In this document: piece after piece, positions 25,181 through 37,553 of the stretch
Layout of the letters: every line of letters begins with the position of its first letter
Numbering within the stretch: the stretch's first letter is position 1
DNA from: Felis catus
Taxonomy: Eukaryota
DNA length: 64,000 bases
Direction: 5' to 3'
Assembly: GCF_018350175.1 (NCBI RefSeq)
Contig: NC_058368.1
Coordinates: 162,504,001-162,568,000, forward strand
Translations under genes and position numbers: made by a program
Notes under the pieces: generated by a model
The model's database searches: none
Seen by the model: only the letters and a program-made list of their open reading frames with translations
What the model was told of the DNA's origin: nothing

Positions 25181-27331
25181 GAAAGTGAAAATAGTCAGTT
25201 GAACAATTAGAACTGTCATTACTGAGTGAATAAAATGTTCTCCTTTTAAATACATTTCTATTACTATGAATTTACTCTCATGGCTCCTAACTGCAATCTC
25301 AGACTTTATTCCAAAATCAGGGCTACTTTCTCCACCTGAATAATCTGGGATTATTGCAAAGTTTTAAAAGATAATGTGTTCCCAGAAATAGGTTAGCTAA
25401 CTGGCCATCATCATGTGACATTTAGCTCTACTTCAATATTTTCTCTCAGACAAAAACTCTAAGAAACTCTTTTTCTTGGGGTAGGGGAGGCTGCCATGCC
25501 CAGATTCAGAAAGGTGATGATGCCCACAGCTACATTAGCCTTAACTATCCAATGGAAACAGAAATAAAGGGAAGGTGCTAGCAGTCATCATTAGGATGAT
25601 AATTGTAAAGCGTAACATGAGGGCTTTCATAACGATGAAAGTTTAGAAAGGCAACTGAGAAGATAGAAATGAGCAAACACAAGAATGAACAGTTCCAGCA
25701 AAAGAAAGAAGATAATAGACGAACTGAGTTGAAAAAGAACAGACGGAACCTCACCATCTCCAACAATACAGAAGTTTGAAGAAAACTTTTCCCTCTCTTA
25801 TTTCTCTTCCCTTTCTCTCCTTTTATCTTGCTTTGTTTGTTCTTCTCCTCTGGCATTGGTCTTTTTTCACATATATATAAAAATAGAATTGAGAATTCTC
25901 TTGCTTTTCAAAGCTTAAAAGGATGATTTCAGTCTTCAAATTTAGTAAACTTACTAGATTAATCTTTGTTAAGAGATAAAAGTAGGGAGAAACAAAATAA
26001 AAACATTCAAGTGTCTCCCTAATTCCTCCCTCATTCCTCCATCCTGATCTTTTTTTTTTTTTTTTGGACACTCTCTTTGTCACCTCCATAAAAGCAACTG
26101 GATGAATAGCAGTCAATGACCTTTCCTTAGTGAGAGGGATGAAACTACAAAATCAGGCCTTTAATCTGAACCTCAAAAGAAAGCCCATTTCAGGCAGGCA
26201 TAGGCCTAAGGGCTGCACCTTGAATGCCTGACACACCTATATATCGCACTATTTTTAGTGACAACATCCAAAGTAATTTTAGCACTTGATAAAGACCAAA
26301 ATGACTTCACACAACATTACCATTAGAGCATTTCATGCTACCATAAAAGAGGCACTAATTACCACAGGAAGTCAGGGACAGCTTTATATTTTTCTCTATA
26401 AAAGACATAATACATTATAAACTCCATAGTTAGCATCATTCTGTCATGAGTTCTTTTTAGATTTAAATATAGACTACTTCCATTTACAAAGCTCATGTCT
26501 GAAGAATCGTGAATGACCTATTTACACTGTAAGCATTTCTTTAAAAGTGATATAAGGAGCTTATTTCAGTCCCCAAACAAAAATGTTCACTTGTGCTAAG
26601 TCAACAGAGAGAATTTCTTATCCAAGCCTCCAATTTTCTACTTGATTCTTTATCACCAACAATGAAGCTTTCTTGCATGTGGAAAGAATCTAAACCTGGT
26701 AACTTTCAGTGGCAATGCTACAAAAGGTGTCTTCCTATTGTAGGCACTAAACCTATATAGAAGAGGAGGAAAGAGTTTTATTTTATTGTATTACTACAAA
26801 TCGCTGCCTTGAGATCATGGTACTTCTGGGATAGAATAAGATCAAATGTTTTAAACTCTATTTTTACTATACTGTAATTTAAAAATAAAAATTCTATAAG
26901 GCCCTTCACATGAGAATACTTTTCATGAGATCAGAAGGACAACAAACGAACACCACATGCATTATGTAAATAGTAAGTGCAACACTGGATGAAGTACAAG
27001 TATGTTCATCGTGGGCTAAATACAATCATACTTTGAATGTAGTCTGTTGTTTCTTCCAATGTTTACTTCTATTCTAGGCAATTTTGAATTCCAGTCCATT
27101 TTTCTCTTCCAAAGCCAAGCTACAATTTGTCAAGTTATTATGTTTTATCATAGATCTACGTTATCAGTGTGTATTTAGTGAATATTAATACAAAAATAAT
27201 TATATGTCGCGTATGTGTAAATGTTCAACAAATGCAACTCAAATGCAAGTGAAAATTATTCTCATATATTTCTAACTTAAAGCAATACAATTCTGAGCTT
27301 AGAGTCAAAAGTAACCCCTTAATATCTTATA

Positions 27332-27668
27332 CAGTTTACCCTTGAACAACATGGATGTGAACTACATGGGTCCACTTAAATCCAGATTGTTTTTTATGCA
27401 ATACAGTGCTATTAAATGTATCTTCTCTCCCTTGTGATATTCTTAATAATATTTTCTGTTCTTTGACTTACCTTATTGTAAGAATACAGTATGTAATGCA
27501 TATAACACACACAAAAATACATGTTAATCAACTATTTATGTTACTGGTAAAGCTTCTGGTCTTTAGGCTATTCATAGTTAAGTTTTTGAGGAGTCCCAAG
27601 TTATACATAGATTTTCCACTGCACAGGGCGTAATTCCCCTAACCTACATATTGTTCAAGTATGAACTA
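27332..27668. mobile_element. Non-autonomous Tigger2-family DNA transposon
   Basis: TA|CAGTTTACCCTTGAACAA ... TTGTTCAAGTATGAACTA|TA: degenerate terminal inverted repeats with TA TSD. Confidence 0.85.
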
Positions 27669-28168
27669 TAATAATGACTGACACAGGACTTAACATTATT
27701 GCCTCATTCAAAGTCTTGGAGTAAAATAGAACAAAATAAAAGTAAAGTTAAAGACTTGGCATTAAAAATTTAACTATTAATTATAATATTTATTAACAGT
27801 ATTGTAAGGTATAATTTTTATAAAAGTGTACTTCCAAGATGTAGTAGTCTTAGAAATAAATAGATGAGTATAGAAAACAATTCTTCTATGTCTGTCACAT
27901 TAAAAAGAATCTATGTTGCTATTTCAAAATTTACATCTCAGATCCTTTCCACTAGTAATCCTTAAGGAAGTAAAATAGTGAAAAATGAGTATTATGTATT
28001 CATTATATGCCAACTATGTGGCACTGTACTCTTTGCTTGGAATTCATATATGAAATGCATTCTCCTTGCCTTTAAGGAGAGTATTTGGGAATAAGCAAAA
28101 AATATACACATAATTCCAATTCAACATAGTAATTATTAAGCAAGTATGTAAGAAATATACAAGAGACT

Positions 28169-28382
28169 GGGGCGCCTGGGTGACGCAGTCGGTTAAGCCT
28201 CCGACTTCAGCCAGGTCAGGATCTTGCGGTCCGTGAGTTCGAGCCCCGCGTCAGGCTCTGGACTGATGGCTCAGAGCCTGGAGCCTGTTTCTGATTCTAT
28301 GTCTCCCTCTCTCTCTGCCCCTCCCCCATTCATTCTCTGTCTCTCTCTGTCCCAAAAATAAATAAACGTTGAAAAAAAAAAA
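28169..28382 (+). mobile_element. Young CanSINE (SINEC_Fc-type)
   Basis: Perfect 19-bp TSD AAGAAATATACAAGAGACT at 28150-28168 and 28383-28401. Confidence 0.97.
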
Positions 28383-28896
28383 AAGAAATATACAAGAGAC
28401 TAAATACTTCTCTCTTAGAGCTTCCACTTGTCCTTTTTCATAACAGTTTCTTTTTATTGTTTTTAAAGGTGTGAAAATTACAACAAAAGATATAACTTTC
28501 CTATGAATTATTTTTCTTTTTGCACAGCAGCCATGAGTTTTAAACAGGGCAAGATTCTGAGACAATACCACAAGAGTTTGTCTCCTATTCTGTAAGTTAT
28601 ATTGCCAACCTCTTCTAATTGGCATGAAACTAAATAAAAATAGAAGAGTTAGCAGGTATTATACACTGAGTTCTTTAGGTTGTGGGCTCTACTAACCTAC
28701 CTAGAAAAAATGGGTATACAAAGGTAAAATCCAGCTAATATTCCACACGCAGAGCAAGGCACCTTGGCTTTGGATCTTGTCTGTGAACTTTGTTAAATTC
28801 AGGTAAAGATTCCTTATGGACTAATGACAGCCCTAAGTTTTAGGGCCTCCATTAGCGGGCATCCTATAAGAAATCTGCTTCTATAAAAGATCCCTA

Positions 28897-29000
28897 GTGT
28901 TTGGTTGGCAGCACGTACACAAAATTGGAATGATTCAGAGAGCTTAGCGTGGTCCCTGTTTAAGAATGACATGCAAATTTGTGAAGAATTCCATATTTTT
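28897..29000 (+). pseudogene. RNU6: Full-length U6 snRNA retropseudogene (5' part of a U6/L1 chimera)
   Basis: GGCAGCAC.TA.ACAAAATTGGAA.GAT.CAGAG...ATGACATGCAAATTTGTGAAG..TTCCATATTTTT aligns end to end with vertebrate U6 (about 80% by eye). The ACAGAGA box is mutated. Confidence 0.93.
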
Positions 29001-29756
29001 ACATACCTTATTCATGAATAAGAAGAATTAATATTGTAAAACTGGCCACACTACCCAAAGTGATCTACAAATGCAACATAATTTCCATCAAAATGTCAAA
29101 GGCATTCCTCACAGAAATAGAAGAAAAAATTCTAAAATTTGTGTGGAACGGCAGAAGAACCTGAGGAGTGAATACAATCCTAAGAAAAAAAGAAAAAAGC
29201 TGAAGGTATCACACTTCCTGATTTCAAACTATATTTCAAAGTGTTAGTAATAAAAACAGTAAGGTGATTGCATGATTGCACAAAAAACAGACACATAGTT
29301 TAATAGAACAGAATAGAAAGCCCAGGGTTAAATTCTAGCATATATGGTCAACTACTATGTGATAAGGGAGCCAATGAGGAGAGGATAGTGTCTTCAACAA
29401 ATGGTGCTGAGAAAACTAGAGAAACACAGAGAAACACTAGAGAAACACAAGAAACACAAGGAAACCTCTATCTCATACCACTCACAAAAATTAACTTGAA
29501 ATGGATCAAAATCATAAACATAAGAATCGATACCATAAACTCCTAGGAGAAAACATAAGAAACAAGCTCATCAATATTGGTCTTGGCAATGATTTTTTTT
29601 TTTGGACAGGACACCAAAGTACAAACAACAAAAGCAAAAATTAATGAAAGGGAATACATTAAACTCAAAACCTTCTGCATGGCAAATGAAACAATTAAAA
29701 TGAAAAGACAATGTACAGAATAAAAGAAATTTTCCACAAACAATATACTGGATAAC

Positions 29757-29975
29757 AGAGCACCTGGGCGGCCCAGCCGGTTAAGCATCCGACTTGGGCT
29801 CACTTCATGATCTCGTGGTTTGTGGGTTCAAGCCTCACATCAGGCTCTGTGCTGACAGCTCAGAGCCTGGAGCCTGCTTCAGATTCTGTGACTCCCTCTC
29901 TCTCTGCCCCTCCCCTGCTCGTGCTCTGTCTCTCTCTCAAAAATAAATAAACATTAAAAACAAATTACTTAATTA
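29757..29975 (+). mobile_element. CanSINE nested in L1
   Basis: TSD AAACAATATA(C/T)TGGATA at 29738-29754 and 29976-29992. Confidence 0.95.
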
Positions 29976-30743
29976 AAACAATATATTGGATAGGGGGTTA
30001 ACGCCCAAAATATATGGCAAACTCACAGAACTTAATAATAATTTTAAAAATCTGATTTAAAATTGGCCGAAGAACTGAAACATTTTTCCAAAGAGGGCAA
30101 AAAAAGGCCAAGAGACTCATGAACAGATGCTCAACATCACTAATCATCAGGGAAATGCCTATCCAAAGCACAATGAAATTTTCACCTCACACCAGTTAGA
30201 GAGTATCTATCATCAAGAAGTCAAAAACAACAGGTGTCAGCAAGGACATGGTAAAAAGCACCCCTTCTACACTGTTGATAGGGATGTAAGTTGATCTAAA
30301 CACTATGGAAAACCATAAGCAGGTTCTTCAAAAAATTAAAAATATGTCTACCATATGATCTGGCAATTCCACTTCTGAATGTACATTCAAAGAAAATTAA
30401 AACTGGATTTCAAAGAGATATACCACTCCCATTTTTATCATAGCATTATTCACAATAGCTGAGATTTGGAAACAACCCATTAATGGATCAAAAACATATG
30501 GTGTATATATATTCACAATGGATTACTCTTGCCATTTTCTGCAACATGAATGGGCCTTGAACACATTATGCTAAGGTAAGTCAGACAGAGAAAGGTAAGT
30601 ACTATGTGATATAATTTGTATATGGAATCAAAAAAAAAAACCTCAAACCTTTAAAAAATTAAGAATACAATGGTGGTTACCAGAAGATGGTGGCTGGGAA
30701 GATAAGACCGATAGTGTTTAAAGGTATAAACTTGTAATGATTA

Positions 30744-30955
30744 GGGGCACCTGAGTGGCTCAGTCAGTTAAGGGTCTGGCTCTTGATCTCAGCTCAGGTC
30801 ATGATCTCGCAGTTCATGGGATCAAGCCCCATCATAGGACTTTGTGCTGACAGCACAGAGCCTGCTTTGGATACTCTCTCTCCCTTTCTCTCTGCCCCTC
30901 CCCTGCTCACTGTCTACCTCTCAAAATACATTTTAAAAATTAAAAGAAAAATAGT
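30744..30955 (+). mobile_element. CanSINE nested in L1 3'UTR
   Basis: GGGGCACCTGAGTGGCTCAGTCAGTTAAG head, CT tract, A-rich tail. Confidence 0.93.
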
Positions 30956-31148
30956 TTAAATCCTTTAATGAGTAGTAAAGCCATAGAGATCTAATGTACA
31001 ATATAATGAATGTAGACAATATTATACAATAATTATATAATGTGATAAACATTACAGTGCCAATCATACTACAATATATAAATATATCAAAATCACTGTA
31101 TACCTTAAATTTACACTATGTTATATGTGAAATTTAGTCAATAAAAAA

Positions 31149-31372
31149 GACACCTATATCAACAAAACAGAATAGAGTGACAAAAAATAAACCCACACAT
31201 ATATGGTCAATTAACTTATGACAAAGGAGACACAAATATACAATGAGGAAAGGATACGCTCTTCAGTAAGTAGCGCTGGAAAAACTGGACAGCCACATAC
31301 AAAAGAACACTTATGGATACTTTTGTTACACCATATACATAAACATTAACTCGATATAGAGTTAAAGACTTT
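31149..31372 (+). mobile_element. Short L1 ORF2 fragment
   Basis: AACAGAATAGAG...ACATATATGGTCAATTAACTTATGACAAAGGAG...CTGGAAAAACTGGACAGCCACAT. Confidence 0.75.
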
Positions 31373-31808
31373 ACATATCCACCTAGTGTGATTAGACTTA
31401 ATATTGCACCACTTCACGCAAACTCTAACAACAGCATAATTCTTTCATACTCTAACCCAAGTTGTATGCAAAATACCTTTTCCTGACTTCCTTGGTAGTG
31501 ATTAGACATACTAGAAGGCTTGAAAATTAAGTGCAGATAATTGTTAAACAATGTCTTGCTTTAAAACTATCCTGTCCCAGGGTGTAAAGGCTTTGTTCTT
31601 CTATAGACAGTTTTGACACAAACACTGGACTCAAAGATTGGCAGGTCCTCAGGAGGCCTGGATTTCTTATTTTTCTGCTCTTTGCCAGCCTTTCCCATGG
31701 GACACTATATCACATACTATCATTCAGGGGCCCTCATTGTATTAAAAATATTCTGAAGCATCAAGAAGACCAAGAGAGACAAACTTCCACTCTCTATATA
31801 TATTTTAA

Positions 31809-32030
31809 GTGTTTTTTTTATTTTTTAATGTTTATTTATTTTTGAGAGAGAAAGAGACAGAGTGCAAGCAGGGGGAAGGGCAGAGAGAGGAGGAGACTCA
31901 GAATCTGAAGCAGGCTGCAGGCTCTGAGCTGTCAGCACAGAGTCTGATGCGGGGCTCCAACTCACGAACTCTGAGATCATGACCTGAGCTGAAGTCAGAC
32001 ACTTAACCTACTGAGCCACCCAGGTGCCCC
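31809..32030 (-). mobile_element. CanSINE
   Basis: TSD TATATTTTAA at 31799-31808 and 32031-32040. Confidence 0.95.
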
Positions 32031-32040
32031 TATATTTTAA

Positions 32041-32246
32041 AACTTTTTAATGTTTATTTATATTTGAGAAATAGAGACAGAGTGTGAACAGGGGAGGGGC
32101 AGAGAGAGAGGGAGACAGAATCCAAAGCAGGCTCCAGGCTCTGAACTGTCAGTGCAGAGCCTGATGCAGGGTTCGAACCCATGAAGCCCGAGATCATGAC
32201 CTGAGCCGAAGTTGGACTTTTTACCAACTGAGCCACCGAGGAACCC
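32041..32246 (-). mobile_element. CanSINE in tandem with 31809-32030
   Basis: Full reverse-orientation body. Confidence 0.93.
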
Positions 32247-32756
32247 TTCCATTCTATACTCTACCAAGGGTTTCCCTAATTTCCATTTTCTAATGTGAGA
32301 AATGCTCCCAGTTCTACCTAGCACCTTGAGGTACCTGAGGCATTGATGGATCTTCTTAATCTTCTGAACAGACTTATCATAGGAGTTTGACCTTCCCAAC
32401 TGCACAGGAATTGCTTTCATCTCTATCACAAGGAGATTCAGGAAGAATATAATTCATAAGGTTTCCTAAGAATCCAACTCTGAATGAAACTAATGAGGAA
32501 AAATCTAAATTGTCCATGGATCAAAAAGGAAGCAAATATTCTTAAAAAGCTTTCTCACTGATAGCTAGAAATATCTTTAAAATGGTCTCAGCTTTTTGCA
32601 TTACTGGCCCATTCTCCAAGCTCCAGCAGTGATGTGGAGGGGCCTCCCTAGGCCCTTCCTCAGGATACAGTTTGGTCTCATACCTCCCCAAGAAACTGAT
32701 TTTAATCAATGATATTTCCAGGATTCAAACCCTGATTTCTGCCAAAGACTACATTT

Positions 32757-32792
32757 TGGTTGGTTGGTTGGTTGGTTGGTTGGTTGGTTGGT
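32757..32792. repeat. (TTGG)n tetranucleotide microsatellite
   Basis: Visible run. Confidence 0.95.
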
Positions 32793-33739
32793 TTTTTGGC
32801 AATATCAGCTTGACCAGAACCGATCTGTGGACATATTAGGCTTAAATTTGACATTGTTTTCAACAGACTGTAACATACAAAGGCTCATCTATGAGGTCAG
32901 AAAATAAAATAATATGTGATGAGCACTGGCAACAAGCATAAGTAAATATTGGAAAGCAAATAGTTTTAGACACTGAAATGCCTTGAGATGAGTATTGTTA
33001 ACCAGATGGGGATTCACATATAGTCAACGAAACTTGAATACTTAGAGTAAGGAATGTGGAATAAAATAAAATGTGCAACCACATACTAATGATAAATTAG
33101 TAAAAGTAAGGTAAACGTAAAATAGAGTAATTTGAATTAAATTAATTTGAACAGAGTTCAGTGATTACTTTTTAAATAAACACTCATGGAGCAAATACAA
33201 TTTATAAGAAAATATATTGAGAGTAGTATATGTAGGATAAGAATGAACAAAGAAAAAAATATTCCCACAGAAACTAAGAGGTACTATCTTTCTTAAATGT
33301 TTACATTCTAAAGAGATAATTCTCTCGTCCTTGAGAAATCTGTTTCTGGCCTATGAAGCTAACAAAATGTTTATTTTGCTTCTGAAAAAAATAAATATAT
33401 ATTTCCAAAAGATAGTGAATGAACCTAAAATTACAGGTTTTTAAAGTAAATCCTCTAATAAAAGAGAGGAGAGAGAAGTCCCTCCTCTCATTTTCAGTAT
33501 GAAAAACTAAGCCTCTTATTTTTAATTTGTATTTGTCATTACACTACCAAGTCCTACTGCAAGTTCTGAGGTTCCACAAACAACATAAAATCATTGCTCT
33601 TAAAGAATTCACATTGCATCAGAATAATAGTTTAACCTGAGCACTATGTTCTTTGAGACCATAACATATTAAAATGTTAGTAGAGACCGGCAAATATGAA
33701 TGTAGTGGATATGGCAGGGCATTCAACATCCGTTTGAAT

Positions 33740-34235
33740 TTCCCATAGTGTATTTTCTGCACTAAAGAATCGCTAAGCTGAAAACTAATCATCCACACTC
33801 CCTTGCAGCTACATTTCAAAGGCAGCAATGAAGCAGAGACCATTTCTCCGTTTGTTGATTGCTGTTCTCAAGCGACATTACAGAGGCACTACAGTGGTTT
33901 GTAATGACATATAATTGTCTATATGTTGGCATTATGAGTTTCAAGAGGCAGATGTGGTGGAGGGGGCAGGGTGGGAAGTTGATATTTTCTATCATAGATT
34001 GAAACTAGGACAGTGAGTTCTTGAGTCTAACAATTTCCAAAGCAACATCCTGATTCTCCACCTTACCAGAGGGAGAATTTTACCCAAGTACCCGTTCAGT
34101 GATCTTGTTCAAAAAGATATTCCTGGTGTCCAGAGCCATTCCTAGCCCCTTCAAAATTCTGTAAGACATAAATTCTCCCTAGGCTAAATCTATTTCTATT
34201 TAAAAGCTCTAGAGTAGGGCCTGTTTCCTATAATT
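33740..34235 (+). mobile_element. Possible ancient ERVL LTR (LTR33-like)
   Basis: GCTAAGCTGAAAACTA...CTCCCTTGCAGCTA motif only; boundaries uncertain. Confidence 0.3.
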
Positions 34236-34420
34236 TAGTCTCTGGTCTTAAGTCAAGTGTTTTATTTTGTTTTAATTGGTCTTTTGCATACTGAAAGCAC
34301 TAATACAGAAACCTAACAATAATATGGAGAAAAGAAGTATCCTTCCAACCAGATTTTATTAAAATATTAATCCAGGATGAAATGCCCAAAACTATAAATG
34401 TTCTTAAAAATTACATTTAT

Positions 34421-34636
34421 GGGGCGCCTGGGTGGCTCAGTTGGTTAAGCATCTGACTTCAGCTTAGGTCATGGTCTCATGGTTCGTGGGTTCAAGCCCT
34501 ACATCAGGCTCTGTGCTCACAGCTCAGAGCCTGGAGCCTGCTTCAGATTCTGTGTCTTCTCTTCTCTCTGCCCCTCCCCTGCTCATGCTCTGTGCCTCTC
34601 TCTCTCTCTCAAAAATAAATAAGCATTAAAATTTTA
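34421..34636 (+). mobile_element. CanSINE
   Basis: TSD AAAAATTACATTTAT at 34406-34420 and 34637-34651. Confidence 0.96.
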
Positions 34637-35271
34637 AAAAATTACATTTATAATCATATATTTGTTACTTTAACAAGTACAGTATATCTTAGGCTCATTA
34701 AAGTCAACAGTTATTTTCTCTTTACAACGTTTTACATATGATTAACATGCAAGATCAAAGATAAATATAGATATAGCAAATATAAATTCAGAAATGTTTT
34801 CTCTTTTTAATCGTTTTTTTTTAAACAAGGCAAACAGTAAAGAAATATAAGTAGGTCAAAAAATTCAGAGTTAAGTATACTGCCCTCTTATTTATTCCAT
34901 TATTTGCAAAGTAGCAAAAGCTACCTCTTGTGTCACAAGACCATTTTACCAACTAATAAGCTTATGACAATAGCTCCTGACCTGGTTTAAACAACAAACC
35001 AAAATATTTTTTTAAGTTCAGTACATACTGTAACAAAACTAGTTTTAAACACAAAGGATAAAGGCAAACTATAGATTTCAAGAACATACTTTTTTACTCA
35101 TAGTTCATGCATATTCAATTCCATCAGTATGGATGTTTATGAAATAGAAGCATAACTGCAGATAAATATAATTGATTTATAAAGCAGTTTTTAACTGCTT
35201 TAAGGCCAATATTGGCCTTTATTTAAGGCCAATAATGAACATTAAGAATCCTGATAAATATTTCATCTCTA

Positions 35272-37553
35272 GACTCCCGAGGAAGATGGCAGAATAGAAG
35301 GATCCTAAACTCACTTCTTCCCATGGACCCAACTAGATACCACCCCCATCAGTGTAAACAATCCAAAAAATGCCTGGAAGACTGGCAGAACAGACTATCC
35401 GCAACTAAATGCAGAGAAGAGGCCACACTGAATGCTGATAAGAAAAGCAGAAAATGCCAGCAGGAAACAAACTGGCCCATAAGAATGTCCTTGGAAGGGA
35501 AGATCACTGCAAGCATGGGAAAAGGAAAGGAGAAGACCCTACCCTCAGGCACCTCAGTATTGGGGGACCAGAAATGAGAAGATGAATCCCCATGACATGT
35601 GGCTTTGAAAACCAGAGGATCTTAGTTTTGCAAGTTTTTATAATCAGTGGGGCTTAACACCTGGAACTTTTAAAGTGGTGGCTCAGCTCTGGGAAACCCG
35701 GTGGGCAACAGGACACTGAGTCCCGGCCCTTAAAAAGACAACAGAACAAAGAACCTGGCTGGGAAACAGCACAAGCTGAGTAGTTTTAAAATTAACTGAG
35801 GAATACAGGAGGGAAATCTACTTGCTAATCTTGATATGTGCTGGAGGGGCAGGGATCTTCAGGAGACTTCTCCAAGAGCAAAAGAGCTGGCATGCACCTT
35901 TTCCCTTCCCCACCCCACAGCCTACATACCCGGACCCTGTAGGAACCAGCAAGAACACTCTCTACTCCCACACTCTCCTGCAGATCCAGTGCCTCCAACC
36001 AGGCTTCCACAGGAGTTCTCCAAAAGGGCTACACGTCCCCTCCTGCTGCAGACTAGCACAAATGTTACTAGCACCGTGTGCTCCACGCCTGGTCTCCTGT
36101 ACACCTGCCCCCTCCAACACACCCTCAACAGGAGTCCATCCACAGCAGCGTCACAAATTTGACATCTTGTAAGCAGCCTGACAGAGGCCTGCACCGCTCC
36201 AAACTGACTCCTTCTCTGGGGAGAAAGGAAGATCATCACACACACCAGCTCCACTGCAGCCCCAGCAGTGGGCTGGGGACAGATATCTTGTCCCACTGCA
36301 GGACCCACTCACCAAAAAAAGTAACTCAAGAGACAACACAGGGAGAGTGCCCGTGGTTCAGTGTGACAGCAGCTCTGACAAATGCCTGATCTGATCCAAT
36401 TCAAGCCCAAGGCAGCCCCAGACTAGCCTATTAACAATACAGGGACCAAACCCTGTCCACAACAGGCAAAAAGCACCATTGAAGATGATGGAGCAGAAGG
36501 GAAAAGTGGCTCAACCAAAACAGCAGCATACACAAAACACACATGGGACACTCCCCGGCGGTGCCAGGTTCTGGGGAACAGGGGACACTACACTGCAGGG
36601 CAATACAGGACCTTTTCTTCACAAGGCCACAATTTTTTTTTTTTAGAGACAGAGACAGAGCATGCATGTGGGAGCACAAGTAGGGGAAGGGCAGAGAGAG
36701 AGGGAGAAAGGGAATCCCAAGCAGTTTCTGTGCTGTCAGCACAGAGCCCCACATGGGGCTTGTTCTCACAAACCCGTGAGATCATGACCTGAGCTGAAAT
36801 CAGGAGTTGGACGCTTAACCACCTGAGCCACCCAAGCACCCCAAGGCCACTACTTTCAAGAGCAAGAGACACACTTGACTTTCCTAAAGAATAGAAACAT
36901 ACACAGACTATTAGATGAAAGAGAAGACAGAGGAACATGTCCCAAAACAAAGAACAGGACAAAATCACAGCAAGCGAGCCAAATGAAACAGACACAAGCA
37001 ATATGCCTGAATTTAAAGTAAAGGTCATAAAGATATTCACTGGAGTTGAGAAAAAAATTTGGGACCTCAGACCTTCAATAAAGACAAAAAAATAAAAGAA
37101 CTAAGCAGAGATAAAGAACGCAGTAACTGAAATAAAAAACACACTAGAGGAAATCCATAGTAGTCTAAAAGAAAAGGAAGAATGGATCAGTGACCTGGAA
37201 TGGAGCGCAATGGAGTGAATGGAAAGCATTCACACTGAACAGGACAAAAACAAAACAATAATAAAAAATGAGAACAAGTTAAGGGAACTCAGCAACACCA
37301 TCAAGCCTAATACCATTCACATTATAGAGATTTCAGAAGAAGAGAGAGAAAAGGGGGCAGAAAATTTATTTGAAGCAATAATAGCTAAACACTTCTCTAA
37401 TCTGAGAAAGGAAACAAATCTAGATCCAGGAGTCAGAGAAACCCCCAACAAAACCAGCCTAATGAGGTCCACAACAAGACACATAGTAATTAAAATGGCA
37501 AAGAGTCATGATAAAGAGAATTTCAAAAGCAGCAAGAGGAAACAAAACAGTTA
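35272..37553 (+). mobile_element. Older carnivore L1: 5'UTR plus partial ORF1 only (3' part missing)
   Basis: GGAAGATGGCAGAATAGAAGGATCC start region; ORF1 text LRELSNTIKPNTIHIIEISEEEREKGAENLFEAIIA...TRHIVIKMAK; stops abruptly near 37553. Confidence 0.85.
36633..36842 (-). mobile_element. CanSINE nested in L1 5'UTR
   Basis: TSD CAAGGCCAC at 36622-36630 and 36842-36850. Confidence 0.93.

Larger units (their letters stand above)
29001..31148 (+). mobile_element. 5'-truncated L1 (ORF2 3' part plus 3'UTR) fused directly to U6
   Basis: Starts in the [23 protein letters not shown] region; ends GTCAATAAAAAA near 31148; carries two nested SINEs. Confidence 0.88.

Noticed and set aside
25578..25856. 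92-aa minus-strand ORF with an internal ATG|GTGAGG donor-like site
   Set aside because: The Lys/Glu-rich start comes from a low-complexity CT tract; no recognisable domain or promoter support.
28897..29000. Functional U6 gene
   Set aside because: About 20% diverged, ACAGAGA box altered, fused to L1; no convincing PSE recognised upstream.
29411..29465. CRISPR-like or functional short repeat array (GAAACAC units)
   Set aside because: Short slippage expansion of 9-11-bp units inside L1 ORF2 with no unique spacers; eukaryotic context.
35822..36389. Cluster of overlapping 100-128 aa ORFs
   Set aside because: GC-rich L1 5'UTR where stops are rare; same explanation for 7733-8497 and 55343-56353.
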